Positions 1 through 11,300 of a stretch of 64,000 nt of DNA are shown piece by piece. The notes under the pieces were generated by a model. That model saw nothing but the letters and a program-made list of their open reading frames with translations, was not told where the DNA came from and ran no database searches. Location of the stretch: the IMG/VR virus record IMGVR_UViG_3300031521_000009; one strand, 5' to 3'. The position numbers and the translations under genes are program-made. Every line of letters starts with the position of its first letter. Position 1 is the stretch's first letter. This DNA comes from a virus.

Positions 1-3000
1 TATTGAATTGATTGCAGCTTCTTGTTCTCCCGTTTCTAATGGTGTATTTGACTCATTAGTAAATATCATTTTTCGTATCTTGAACATATCGTTCATACTG
101 TATTTACTACCTATCCAGATAAGCGTATTCAAGTGTTCACGTAGTCGGGTAATATCATTTGCATTTGAACTTGAAAAATTGTATTTACGCTTAGTAACAC
201 CACCAATACTTTGCATAGTGAATAATGGATTACGTGCATGTAGTTCACGAGTAGAATTAGTCAATGAACCATTCTCTCCAATGTGTGAAGCTGAATCATC
301 GGCATGTAATAAAGTTCCTTCTGAATTAAGTACTTTCCCATCTTCTCCAATAGAATCATTAGTAACATAAAACTCACGGAATATCTCAAACAATAAGTCT
401 TGATTATCTTTAGAAAATAATTCAGAATTTTCTTTATTGTATTCTACATTCATTTCAGAAAGGATATTGTTTACTATATTCTCTCTTTTTGATAACTGAG
501 TAAGTTGTGATTCGGTAAGTTGTCCTTTAGTATCAAGAATAGATGGATCAAGTTCTCCAATAGCATTTAGTTCTTCAATCAAGTTCTGACTGATTATTTG
601 TGTACCATCAGAACGTCTTAATCCTAGAGTAGTAAATAACTGAACACTCTTGAATGTATTCTCATGAATAATAACACGACTATGCAAACGTAACATTTGA
701 TTAGCTAAGTCAGCACCATCAATCTTACTTGCTAGTTCATCGGCCATACGTAATGCATCGCGTAATTGAAGTTCGTACTCATTATCACCATTAGCATTCT
801 TACTTGCTAATTCAGAGACAAATTCTTTTTCTTGTAATGACTGATGATCATTTACTTTCTTTTCATTAGCGATACGTTCAGACGTCTTAAATGTATAAAG
901 GAAGTGTTCATTCTCTTTTATCCGAGTAATCTCTTGACGAATAATCTCAGAACCATTAGTACCATAGAATTTACCATCCGGATATTCTTTTTTATAAGTT
1001 TCTCCCTGGTCAGTAAGAACTGAATCAATCCATGTTTCAGCTTCTTTCATTGTATCTTGTAATTCAGTGAAGTAATTACTCAAAAATGTTTTACCATTAG
1101 GAGTATTCTGTTCACGCATTAGTTCAATACGTTTATTAAATTCTTCGGGAGTTTCATTAGCATGTTCTAATGTTTGTCCATCAATACGCATAAATGGTAA
1201 TTTACCTTTACCACTAAATGAAGAGTATTGATTGTTTACGTTTTCAAGTCCTAATGCACGTGCAACAGCATTCAATTGATTATCATGAGAGAACTGTTCA
1301 TCATCAAAACTTTCAATAGTACGTTCAGCTTTGCCTACTTCTTCTGCAGCAAGTTGTGATTCTTGTTGGTAATGATTTAATTCATTCTGAATAGAAGTAA
1401 GTTTATCAGTCTGTTCTTGACGTTGTTCATTAGTAGCTTCTACAGGTAATGAATTGATAACTTCTAGTTGAGAATCATATTCAGATTGCTTAGTAGTAAT
1501 AAATGGTTCCAGTTCTGCAACACGTTTAGTATATGTATCAACCTTTTCATTTGCCGGAGTAAGAATCTTACCTTCTGCTTGCTGAGCAATATTAGAAGTA
1601 AGTCCTTTTGATGAATCATATAACTGACCCCATTTATTTTTTATCTCATCAAGTTTAGTATTATCCATTACACTACCAAATACCTTACCGGTTTGGTCAT
1701 TAAATACAGATAACTCTTTTGCTAAACGATTAGATAATCCAGCAATATCAGTAATAAGTGATTTATGTTCTGCCTCATCATACGATTTGGTAAGAGTATT
1801 ACCTATTCGTTGTTGTAAGGTATCTAAATCAGACGATAATGTTGAGTAAGTAGTTTGGTTGTCTATATCACTAATAATGCCACTAGCAGTACTCTGTTGC
1901 GCTTGTGCAGCTTCATCTACACGTTGACGTAAGTTCTCAATGTTTTCATATGTAAAGTTCTTCTTAATGACATTCTCCCATGAAGCAGTATATTGACGTT
2001 GAAAGTTAGGATCGTTCTTCATCTCACGAGTAAACTCTTTTGAATTAGTAAGACCTTGCATTTCCATTTCAACTTGTTTCATAACGGTAATGTTACGTTT
2101 CATCAAGTCATTGGCCGCTTTAGAGTTTTGTGTTCCCTCTTCACGTTTAGTATAATACTCGTATTCAGCAAGAGCTTTATTATACTTATCTACTAATGGT
2201 TGTTTAGCTTCTTCATTTTCTTTTTGAAGTTGAGCAATCTGTTCATCAGTAGCAGTAGCACCCGCTTCTTTTGGTTGGAATGATTCAATAGCAGCTTTAC
2301 TATCGCGCATATCTATGAAAGCTTGTCCGGATTTATTCAATGATATTTGACTATCAAAGCCTGCCTGAGAAAGAATGTTTCTGTCAACATCATTCAATCC
2401 CATACTTTCATTCAACTCTTTATATGAATCCACTAATTGCACAAATTCGACATACCTCATTTCAGCGAAGTTGTCGATTAGTTGGCCCTCTTGATATCCC
2501 AATTTTTGTAAGGATGGACTTTTAGGTACTACAAATAAATTAGGATCAAATTGTTCTCCAATAGTAGCATCTTTAATAAGGATATCTTTCACTCCCCACA
2601 TACCACCATCAGGTTTCTGAATATGATCAGTGGCTATGTTGATAAGTTCATCACCTTGCCCTTTTAGTACTTTCCATTTCAAAAGTTCTTTTTGTTGAAC
2701 TTCTGTTTTACTATCGGGAATGCCTTTAATCTTTTTGATTACGTGAGGAACGGCACCAGTGATAGCAGTCATTAAAGTAGTAGCGAAAATAGTACCTAAA
2801 GAAGTATCTGAAAATCCTTCAAATACACCAGTAGTACCTATCTGTCCATTACCAACTTCGGAATATGCTGGAGCAGTTTTATCAACTTGCATTTGAACAG
2901 TATTATATAATGCTTGTTCAAAATTTTCTTGAAAGACTTCACTAACATTTGCTTTAGCTACATTAGCAAGATAGCTTTCATTGTCAACAATACCTTTAAT

Positions 3001-4629
3001 AAATTTGCTATTATATATTTTAGAGAAACTATCGTAAACAGCTTCTTTAATAGTCTTGTCAGTAAGTGTACCGGCAGCTTCTTTAGCAGCTAATTTTTGA
3101 GCCATTGGAGCATAGATTTCTCTCATAGCCTTTTCAGCAATATTTGGTCCTAGTTGTTCACCAATCCATTTATTTGTAAAATGTTCAGTAACGTATGTCA
3201 ATGGTAAAGCAAAGAATCCAAATTTAGCAGTTGTTTCCGGACTAACACCATTTTCATCAGCTACACGTTGAAATGAACTATAAGACTGTGAAGTACCAAT
3301 AGCATTTACTAGAAACTCAGTACCATACTGCAAAGCTTTTGTTGCAACACTTTTACCGGCAAATGCAGCAGTTCCTTCTAATGCGGACATAGCACCACCC
3401 GAAGCCATACCTACAGCTATCTGAGGAAGAAGATAACCAAGTGTCGGAGCTTGACGTACCATCCAATCAATAGCACCAGTTCCTTGTTCTGTTGATGCTG
3501 ATTGTTTAAACTCTGCTTGTTTCCATTCATTGAAATAATCTTGTAGTGCTTTGTCACCTTTCGCCCAATTCAATGGTTGTGCTTCTCTACGTAATGAATT
3601 ACCTACATTGGATGGAAGTGAACTATAAGAATAATTGAATGCTTGATTCATGGCGGTATAATCTCCTGATTCAAATGCTTTATCAAGTTCTTCTACAGCT
3701 TTTGTATTACCTTGCGCTAGGTTAGCAGCACGTACCTTATCATAATGCTTTTGAATGGCTTCATTACCTTGTTTATAAAGATAAGTTTCATCATGATTCA
3801 TTGCATTATTAAAAAGAGCACCAACAGAAGAAAAGGAACTCATAGTACCGGCGGTTGCAGCACTGTAAGCTCCTACAAAGAAATCTTTAATAGAACTACC
3901 GAATGTTTCTTTTGGACCCCACTTAGTTGAATACTGTCTATCTCCTGCAACAAAAGCATCTGATGGTAGTACATCAAATACTTCACGTCCATTAGTAGGG
4001 TCAATAGTAGTTGTTACAACTGCTTTACCATCACCAAACATTTTATCCATTCCATCCTTACCTGGGTTAGGAATACGTTTACCATTCTTTAAAATATATG
4101 GAGCAGCAGAAGCACGTTCTTCACCGGTACCACGTTCATTATCTTCATTACGAAAAATATCATGATAAGGTGCATAAGAAGGTGTAAGGTCTTTTACATT
4201 GCCAAGATACTTATCAGACATTGAACGACCACTTACTTCCGGTGATTGTACATCATTCTGAAATTTTAATGCGGCCAAATCAACACCACGTTTATTTAAA
4301 CTTACTTTCTTAGCATTTTGTATTTTTGCTTGATTATAAGTTTTTACTATTTGACTTGCTGGTATAGCGTCTGTATCAAGAGGATTTTTTTCTTTTGAAT
4401 ACTTGTCTACATAATAGTTTACATCGTTGAAAATAGGCTGTTCAGAATGCGCCATAGAGGTAAGTATATCTGCAGTGGATTGCTTATTCTTTAAAGCATC
4501 TCCAACTACATCAACTGTTCCTTGATAATTTCCTTCTTGATCTACAAATGCATCACTAGACTGTGCTTGATATTTTTCTTCAAGTGTTGGTACTACTGGT
4601 TGTGTTTGTTCTTGTTCTTGGTTAGCCAT
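1..4629 (-). CDS. Giant virion cargo/ejection protein, 3'-truncated by the window edge (>1543 aa; may be related to crAss-like giant virion proteins including the virion RNA polymerase)
   Basis: ATG at 4629 (MANQEQEQTQPVVPTLEEKY...). The parts I translated by hand (start region and left edge) are open and the ORF track shows no stop-terminated minus-strand ORF here. Gly/Ala hydrophobic segments (PTLGYLLPQIAVGMASGG, LGTIFATTLMTAITGAV) and a SEVFQENFEQ motif resemble ejected polyvalent proteins. No RNAP catalytic motif noticed in the parts read. Confidence 0.8.
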   Translation of the reverse strand, partial: MANQEQEQTQPVVPTLEEKYQAQSSDAFVDQEGNYQGTVDVVGDALKNKQSTADILTSMAHSEQPIFNDVNYYVDKYSKEKNPLDTDAIPASQIVKTYNQAKIQNAKKVSLNKRGVDLAALKFQNDVQSPEVSGRSMSDKYLGNVKDLTPSYAPYHDIFRNEDNERGTGEERASAAPYILKNGKRIPNPGKDGMDKMFGDGKAVVTTTIDPTNGREVFDVLPSDAFVAGDRQYSTKWGPKETFGSSIKDFFVGAYSAATAGTMSSFSSVGALFNNAMNHDETYLYKQGNEAIQKHYDKVRAANLAQGNTKAVEELDKAFESGDYTAMNQAFNYSYSSLPSNVGNSLRREAQPLNWAKGDKALQDYFNEWKQAEFKQSASTEQGTGAIDWMVRQAPTLGYLLPQIAVGMASGGAMSALEGTAAFAGKSVATKALQYGTEFLVNAIGTSQSYSSFQRVADENGVSPETTAKFGFFALPLTYVTEHFTNKWIGEQLGPNIAEKAMREIYAPMAQKLAAKEAAGTLTDKTIKEAVYDSFSKIYNSKFIKGIVDNESYLANVAKANVSEVFQENFEQALYNTVQMQVDKTAPAYSEVGNGQIGTTGVFEGFSDTSLGTIFATTLMTAITGAVPHVIKKIKGIPDSKTEVQQKELLKWKVLKGQGDELINIATDHIQKPDGGMWGVKDILIKDATIGEQFDPNLFVVPKSPSLQKLGYQEGQLIDNFAEMRYVEFVQLVDSYKELNESMGLNDVDRNILSQAGFDSQISLNKSGQAFIDMRDSKAAIESFQPKEAGATATDEQIAQLQKENEEAKQPLVDKYNKALAEYEYYTKREEGTQNSKAANDLMKRNITVMKQVEMEMQGLTNSKEFTREMKNDPNFQRQYTASWENVIKKNFTYENIENLRQRVDEAAQAQQSTASGIISDIDNQTTYSTLSSDLDTLQQRIGNTLTKSYDEAEHKSLITDIAGLSNRLAKELSVFNDQTGKVFGSVMDNTKLDEIKNKWGQLYDSSKGLTSNIAQQAEGKILTPANEKVDTYTKRVAELEPFITTKQSEYDSQLEVINSLPVEATNEQRQEQTDKLTSIQNELNHYQQESQLAAEEVGKAERTIESFDDEQFSHDNQLNAVARALGLENVNNQYSSFSGKGKLPFMRIDGQTLEHANETPEEFNKRIELMREQNTPNGKTFLSNYFTELQDTMKEAETWIDSVLTDQGETYKKEYPDGKFYGTNGSEIIRQEITRIKENEHFLYTFKTSERIANEKKVNDHQSLQEKEFVSELASKNANGDNEYELQLRDALRMADELASKIDGADLANQMLRLHSRVIIHENTFKSVQLFTTLGLRRSDGTQIISQNLIEELNAIGELDPSILDTKGQLTESQLTQLSKRENIVNNILSEMNVEYNKENSELFSKDNQDLLFEIFREFYVTNDSIGEDGKVLNSEGTLLHADDSASHIGENGSLTNSTRELHARNPLFTMQSIGGVTKRKYNFSSSNANDITRLREHLNTLIWIGSKYSMNDMFKIRKMIFTNESNTPLETGEQEAAINSI

Positions 4630-4647
4630 AATTATATTGAGTATTTA

Positions 4648-6915
4648 TTATTGAATTGATTGTCTACTTCCAAAATTGTAATTATCATTTGGATTTGATT
4701 GTTCTTGTTTTTGTTTATCAAGCATATTGATATACTGTTCTTTTTCTCCCGGTTGAAGTTTACCGGATGTTTCAAGATTATTGATAATATTCAAACTTTT
4801 CATATATGACCTTTGAGGATCACTTTTGAAATCAATATTATTTTTTGCTTGTATATCAACAAGTCTTGCTTGTGGTGTTTTACCAACATAAACTTTATTA
4901 GTTACTTGGTCATCAATAAATCCATTCTTAGAATATTTGTTTTGAAGATTACGTGTTCTTGCTAAGTTTGTTTCACGTTGAGCATTATTCATAACAGATT
5001 CTCCACCGGCAATAAGATTACCTTCTGCCATAGCTTCTTTCTGTTTATTGATATTATACTTATTGATAGCATTACGTCCTTCCTGTGCTGCCGTAGATGG
5101 TCCCTCAGCTTGTAATGGTACTTCATATATATCTTCTCCAAATCCGAAACCAAAACCAGGTGCATCACTTACTTTCTTTATATGATTTTTTGGATTCTTT
5201 GCTAACTGAGAAATAGGTGTAAGAACAGGATTTTTACCATCTACTGCAAAAGGTAACTTAGTATCACCAGTAGCACGTACCATAGTAGTTACATAGTTCT
5301 GAACAATAGGTTGACCATTAGCATCTGTTTGAATACGTGAAAGCAAATAACCTCCTTGGTCTTTCGGTGTTTTATCAAAACGTATTGTTTTTATCAAATC
5401 AGAATTGATACCCATAATCTGCGCATTTTTATCATCGCCAAATACAACATCCGGTTTAAATGCAATACCATTAAACATAGCCATAGGAAGATTGGTAACC
5501 TTTTCTGTTTTCCCTTGTACTCCTAATTCTGGGAATAATGAATTTTCAAGAACCTTACGTTCATCACCAGTAATCTTACTACTATAAACTGTTGGGTTAT
5601 TAAAGTTCAACATACCATCTTTAGGATTCTCAGTAAAGAAACTACCGGTAGTTGGATTAGTAGGTTTAGAATAGATAATATCAATTGCTGAAATAGCATT
5701 TTTATCTTCCGCTTCATCATGTTTAAGTAATTCGGAAATACCAGATTTATTACTAGAATTAAAATCACGTAATCCTTTAGTATCATTTGCAGCAGTAGCG
5801 TAAACATAACGTTGTGCTTCTGTCATAATAGCATCAGCTAATCGTTTTTGTTCTGCTAAATTTTTATCACGAGCTTCTACATCTGATGTAGGTATTCGTT
5901 TTGCTTGTTGCTTAAGCAATTCAATACTTGCAACAACTTGCTCACCACTAGCACGAGTATAATCATTCTTAGTAATAGGTCTGCCCTTTGCATCTTTAGC
6001 AACTGATGTGGTACCTGTAGGAACTATTAAAGTACCATTTAATGCTGAGCTCATAGCATAAGCACGCGCATCTTCCGGTAAGTTTTGCCACATACTACTA
6101 GCAGCACTTTTCATATTATTATAGTTATCTGAACGTGACCAGTCCCAACTTCTTAAACCATCATCTTTATTACCAGCATAAGCCATTTGTTTAGCTGAAG
6201 CAGTATCTATTCTACCTTTAATCTCTTTACTAAAATCAAGTGAGTTCATCATCTTTAATGATGGGTCTAATGTATGACTAGGAGCAATGCCACCAGTACC
6301 ATCAGGAGTAATGCCAGCATCCCATGAGTTACGTTCTTGAAGAGTATTGTAACTATGAAGTTTTACTGCATTACGACCACTAGGTGTTTTACTAAAGTCT
6401 AAAGCAAATGGTCTATCCAATTGTAAGAAGTCCTCAGCACTTTGAGCCTTACCTAAATTTGGATTAGTAACAGCTATTTCTTGTCCAATACCTTTTTTAT
6501 TTATTTCAGTATTTAAACCTTCCCATTGAGATTTAGCAAACTTAGCTTGTTGTTCTGCAACTCCAAATTGTGATTTCTTTTGAAACAAATCTTGCAACTC
6601 AGCATCATAAGCAGTTTCATATTGTTTTAGTTTCTCTGGATCAGATTCATTCTTTATCTTTTCAGTATAAATACTTGGAAGCATATTGATACGATTAGTA
6701 ATTTGATTACGATAATCATATAATGCTTTTGTATGACCAGGTAATAGTTCTTCCATCTTATCATCACTTGCTGCTTTAGGAGTAGAAGTTCTTGCTCTAC
6801 TGGCTTTATTACCCTCATTAGCTAATAAGATACGTGGGTCAAGAGATATACCGGGACCTGTTTGATTCTGTGCCGCATATCCAACCGGATTAATATTGTT
6901 TCCCCATATTGACAT
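4648..6915 (-). CDS. Putative virion cargo (internal/ejected) protein, 755 aa
   Basis: Long ORF between the muzzle and the giant cargo gene; position matches crAss-like cargo genes. Confidence 0.6.
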   Translation of the reverse strand: MSIWGNNINPVGYAAQNQTGPGISLDPRILLANEGNKASRARTSTPKAASDDKMEELLPGHTKALYDYRNQITNRINMLPSIYTEKIKNESDPEKLKQYETAYDAELQDLFQKKSQFGVAEQQAKFAKSQWEGLNTEINKKGIGQEIAVTNPNLGKAQSAEDFLQLDRPFALDFSKTPSGRNAVKLHSYNTLQERNSWDAGITPDGTGGIAPSHTLDPSLKMMNSLDFSKEIKGRIDTASAKQMAYAGNKDDGLRSWDWSRSDNYNNMKSAASSMWQNLPEDARAYAMSSALNGTLIVPTGTTSVAKDAKGRPITKNDYTRASGEQVVASIELLKQQAKRIPTSDVEARDKNLAEQKRLADAIMTEAQRYVYATAANDTKGLRDFNSSNKSGISELLKHDEAEDKNAISAIDIIYSKPTNPTTGSFFTENPKDGMLNFNNPTVYSSKITGDERKVLENSLFPELGVQGKTEKVTNLPMAMFNGIAFKPDVVFGDDKNAQIMGINSDLIKTIRFDKTPKDQGGYLLSRIQTDANGQPIVQNYVTTMVRATGDTKLPFAVDGKNPVLTPISQLAKNPKNHIKKVSDAPGFGFGFGEDIYEVPLQAEGPSTAAQEGRNAINKYNINKQKEAMAEGNLIAGGESVMNNAQRETNLARTRNLQNKYSKNGFIDDQVTNKVYVGKTPQARLVDIQAKNNIDFKSDPQRSYMKSLNIINNLETSGKLQPGEKEQYINMLDKQKQEQSNPNDNYNFGSRQSIQ

Positions 6916-7898
6916 TATTTACGTCCTCCCCAAGTTCGTTTATAAAATGATTGTTGACTGGCCTTAGCTTTAGTAAGATTATCATATATTACTTTTCGTC
7001 TTACCGGATTATCTTCTGTTGCTAATTGATTCTCTAATGAAGCTACTGTATCATCTTCTATAGATTGATTTTTTACTGCACTAATACTAGCATTATCAAT
7101 TATTGATTTTAAACCACTTGTAAGGTCATTTTTAATCTGACTGATACCTTGACCTATCACACCCGATTTAAACCTGTCAGCCTCGTTCTGAATAGATGTA
7201 TTGGCCGCATTACGTTGTGCTAATGATTGTGCATTTATTGCACCAGTCTGATTATCTGTTTGAGCATTGATTTGTGTTTCTTGATTCTTTATCTTACTTA
7301 TCTCTGATGATATTTGATTAGCACCATAAATACCTTTTGTAGCAAGTGATGGGTCTACTAAACCAAAACGACGATTAGCTTCTCTAGCACCACTCAATTG
7401 ACTATTCATACTATCAGTCATTGCTTGTTTTTGTTCTGCATCCATAAGAGATACATGTGTTGCTTCAATAGGTGCTTGATAAGGAACAAATGCCGGTTTA
7501 TAATCACTAGCTCTATTTACTCCTATAAGGTCTGTAGCGATATTTAAAGCAGTATTGACACCAGTAGCTATGTTAGCCCATTTAGATAGTCCATAGATAC
7601 CTTTCTTATCGCCAGGGACTACAGGTTTAGTAGTATTATTTGCAAGTACTTCCGATGAATTATCAATATATCTTGTATTTGATAATGCATCTAATGGTTT
7701 TGAACTTACTGATACCGGTGCCGGAGTTGGTAATGGTAATGCACTAGGAGTTTGTTCTGTTCTCAATGCTAAACGTTGTTCGTCATTCATTAAAGGAACA
7801 AGTGGATCAACTTTCTTTTTCAATAACATATTTAGTCCATTATCCATAGTAGTATATGGTGGAGTAAATGATAATTTGGGATTAAATAATTTAGCCAT
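6915..7898 (-). CDS. Putative virion cargo protein, 327 aa
   Basis: N/Q/A-rich helical segment (INAQSLAQRNAANTSIQNEADRFK) typical of ejection proteins; position in cargo cluster. Confidence 0.55.
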   Translation of the reverse strand: MAKLFNPKLSFTPPYTTMDNGLNMLLKKKVDPLVPLMNDEQRLALRTEQTPSALPLPTPAPVSVSSKPLDALSNTRYIDNSSEVLANNTTKPVVPGDKKGIYGLSKWANIATGVNTALNIATDLIGVNRASDYKPAFVPYQAPIEATHVSLMDAEQKQAMTDSMNSQLSGAREANRRFGLVDPSLATKGIYGANQISSEISKIKNQETQINAQTDNQTGAINAQSLAQRNAANTSIQNEADRFKSGVIGQGISQIKNDLTSGLKSIIDNASISAVKNQSIEDDTVASLENQLATEDNPVRRKVIYDNLTKAKASQQSFYKRTWGGRK

Positions 7899-7902
7899 AA
7901 TA

Positions 7903-8304
7903 TTAAGTTAGTCTTTGATTTATAATTCCTGTACCACCACCTGATGGAACTTGATTAGAAGGATTGACCATTTGATTAATCGACTTCAAACTTTGACTTA
8001 CACCTTCTTGTGTGTACATCATTCTATTTTGTTCTGATACTTGTTCCGAAGAAGCTAATTGATTTTTTTCACCTACTATTTGATTTTGATAATCTTCTTG
8101 ATAAGCTAGTTGTCTTTCTTCTTCTTTTTTCTTAGCACTAGCTCCAAATAAACTAGCGATACCACCAATACCAGCAATTATTGCTCCTGGTACTGCACCA
8201 ATACCTGTAGCAGTTAAAGTGCTACCAAGTGTCATTAAACCAGAACCACCGGCAGACAAAGTGTCGCCAGTGGAATTTCTTTTAGGGGGTTGATAAACGG
8301 CCAT
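7903..8304 (-). CDS. Small ejection/pilot-like protein with Gly-rich hydrophobic segment, 133 aa
   Basis: TGIGAVPGAIIAGIGGIASLFGASAKKKEEERQ pattern typical of podovirus internal virion proteins. Confidence 0.6.
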   Translation of the reverse strand: MAVYQPPKRNSTGDTLSAGGSGLMTLGSTLTATGIGAVPGAIIAGIGGIASLFGASAKKKEEERQLAYQEDYQNQIVGEKNQLASSEQVSEQNRMMYTQEGVSQSLKSINQMVNPSNQVPSGGGTGIINQRLT

Positions 8305-11300
8305 TACGAATAAGATATTATAAAGTTAGTAATTACATTTTTAAGATAGAAATACTTAGGAATATATGATTTATCAACATTACCTAATAAACGTTTTCCT
8401 TTATATACTATCTTTACTTTAATCCATTGCCCACGCATCTGTGATTTTGCTTCAAAGGTATTAAAAGTTTGAGTACTTAATGGTCCAAAATTATTTTTAT
8501 TAGTTGAAGGAATTATAGGTATATTCCATGCATGTTCTTTATATTCAGGATTAGTCCAAAATTCTGCATTATTAATAAAAGCCTTTTTTTCCGATTCTTG
8601 ATATTCTGTTTTCCAACTAATATTTTCTATTTCTTCTGGACACATTACCATTAAGTGAGAACGAAATTCTTTTTCAAATGAACTTACATCTTGTTTCTCT
8701 GCAGAACCATTAATAATAAATTCAAGTTCAAAATTATTAGGAATAGTATTATTATAAAAATATTGATAATCTCCTTTGTTATGTTCCCAAATAGTAAACC
8801 GATTTGCATCTATTCCATTAGAGAATGAAAATAATCTTGAATCAAGTTTCATATAGAAATTTGTATCATAAGAATAGAATCCACTAAAGAAATCAAGTTT
8901 TTCATTAAATACTAAAGTAAAGTAATTACCATTACCTAGTTTAAAAGTAAACAGTATTTCTTTGTTCTCTTCATCAAAGACACTTATAATACCTGTTTGT
9001 TCTTCTGAATATAAATCTTGTGGAAGTTTAGTAATTATACCTTTAATGAACTTGAAAATATCAGTTACTTGTTTACTAGTTACTAAATCTTCTGCACCAA
9101 AAAGAACATTACCACTAGTTGTTGATGCGCCGGCAATTCTCCATATCTTTTCATTATCCCAATCAACACCATAACATCCTTTATCACCACTACAAATACT
9201 TTCTTTATGAGTAGTTCCAAAGTCAGCAATTTTCTTTGACTGAGAAGAAAGAACAGTTTTATCACCAAGTACTATCTCAGAACTATCTTGACTCGATTGA
9301 AGTTTCGTTGAACCATACAATTGGATAATATTCTTTCTTTGGATAATAAATAAAGTAGAATTGATAGTAACTAATTTTTTTATCTCTCCACCTTCAAAAT
9401 TAAAGTCTTGATATTGTCCTATTGGTAACTGTCTATACTGATCTACAAAAGCGCCATCAACATGTACATTACTAAAGTAAATTCTATTTGCTGCAGTATT
9501 ACTTTTCATAGTAAATATCTCATCAAATGGCAATAATGTATATGTTCCTTTTGTTTCATTATATCCACCATTTATCTCCCATGACTCTTTAAAGAATTGA
9601 TTTGTTTTGTTTCTCCATATAAAATCTTGCACTATGGTATCATAGTTTGCTTCTAAGGCATTTTTAAGTACGTATGGATAGAATGTATCATCTGCACTAG
9701 GAACTCTCAAATTTGAGTTGGTAAATGACTGTAGATACATATTAAACGCTATACCACATTGCCATGAACGTTCCCAGTTAGTAATATTTTCAGGAAAGGT
9801 ATTCCATCGAATACAACGCATAAATGTATTTTGAGAAAACAAATCACCTTTATAAAATTTCTTTGCAACATAATTTTCTTCTGCAAACCACGAATTGTCA
9901 TTATCTATTATTGAATAATTTTCATCAAGAATATTATATGAATTTTTTATAGAATCAATGTATTCTTGAATTGTAGCATATTTACATATATCAACAATAG
10001 CACTATTCAAATTACGATAATCCGGATTATCCGTTGTAAACACAGTTGCTTCTGAATGATACTTTCCAACTTTTGTTGTTGTACAACCAAAATAAGGTGT
10101 TGCAGTCATTGATAAGTTAGTCGCTACTACTGGTAATGAATTTGAATCAAGATTATTCTCAAATGGTGAAACAAGACGTGATCCAAATGGCCATTCAATA
10201 TCAATATTTTCAAAACTTATTATAACTGGACGTACATCTACTTCATTGTCAGTTGTGCTTTTTTTTGTTCTATTAATAAGAATACCGGCATCTTTTAATT
10301 GATCTCTAGATTGATCAAAATAATTTTCAATTACTTTTTGTGGTGGATCATTACTACCATCCCATACTTCATCACCAAAAACATCTAAAATACTTTTCAT
10401 TCTACTTGAAAAACCTGTAGTAGATAATACTTGATTCTCTTGAATAATATTTGCAGTTATCTTTATTGCAATTGGATTTGATATTATATGATAATTGTTT
10501 GATATACTTGGTTCAATAAGACGTTCTGATAAATCTTGATAAGCTATTATTGAACTAGTATGTGGTTTATATTTATTTTCTATATTATTATCAGTTACAA
10601 GAGGATTAAAACCTTGACCAAGTGCATCAATCTTTACTTTTGGTCGTAAATAATAATCTCCAACAATAACTAATTTTTTATTGAGTAAAAGGTCAGGAGT
10701 AAATACACTATATTTATTAGTTTTTAATCCAAGAAAATAATCCCTATGGTCATAATATCTTGCCCACATATCATTTGCAGTTGGATTATTATAATATGTC
10801 CATTTTTGACTAGCATCAGTTTCTTGTTCGCGAACTAATATTTCTTCTTTATTCATTACCTGTAACTCAGTAACACCCCATTTAGTAATACTCCATCCTT
10901 GAGAATATCTTTCGATTTTAATTACTGGAAATAACTTTCTATCACCACCTAAAAATGGAAAAGCAACATCAATATTATGAGTTCCTAGTTTAGTTGATTG
11001 ACTAACTTCTCTATCCCCTGCAGTTGTTGGCGATACTCCACGATAACATTCAAAGGTATTTTTAAAACCAACAGCTTCTACCATAGCACAACTATAACCT
11101 TGGCATACGACATTCTCTTGTCGGTTACCTTGTACAAAATAAATAGTAGTTATATTGGGAAGTAATGCTTTATTAGTTTGATAATATTCATAAGCAAAGT
11201 CACGAATAAATTCTACACCCATAAGTTTAAAATGAAGTTGTTTTAAATCATCAGCATTTGTACTATGACTTATTACTCCTTTTCTTGGAAACTTATAAAG

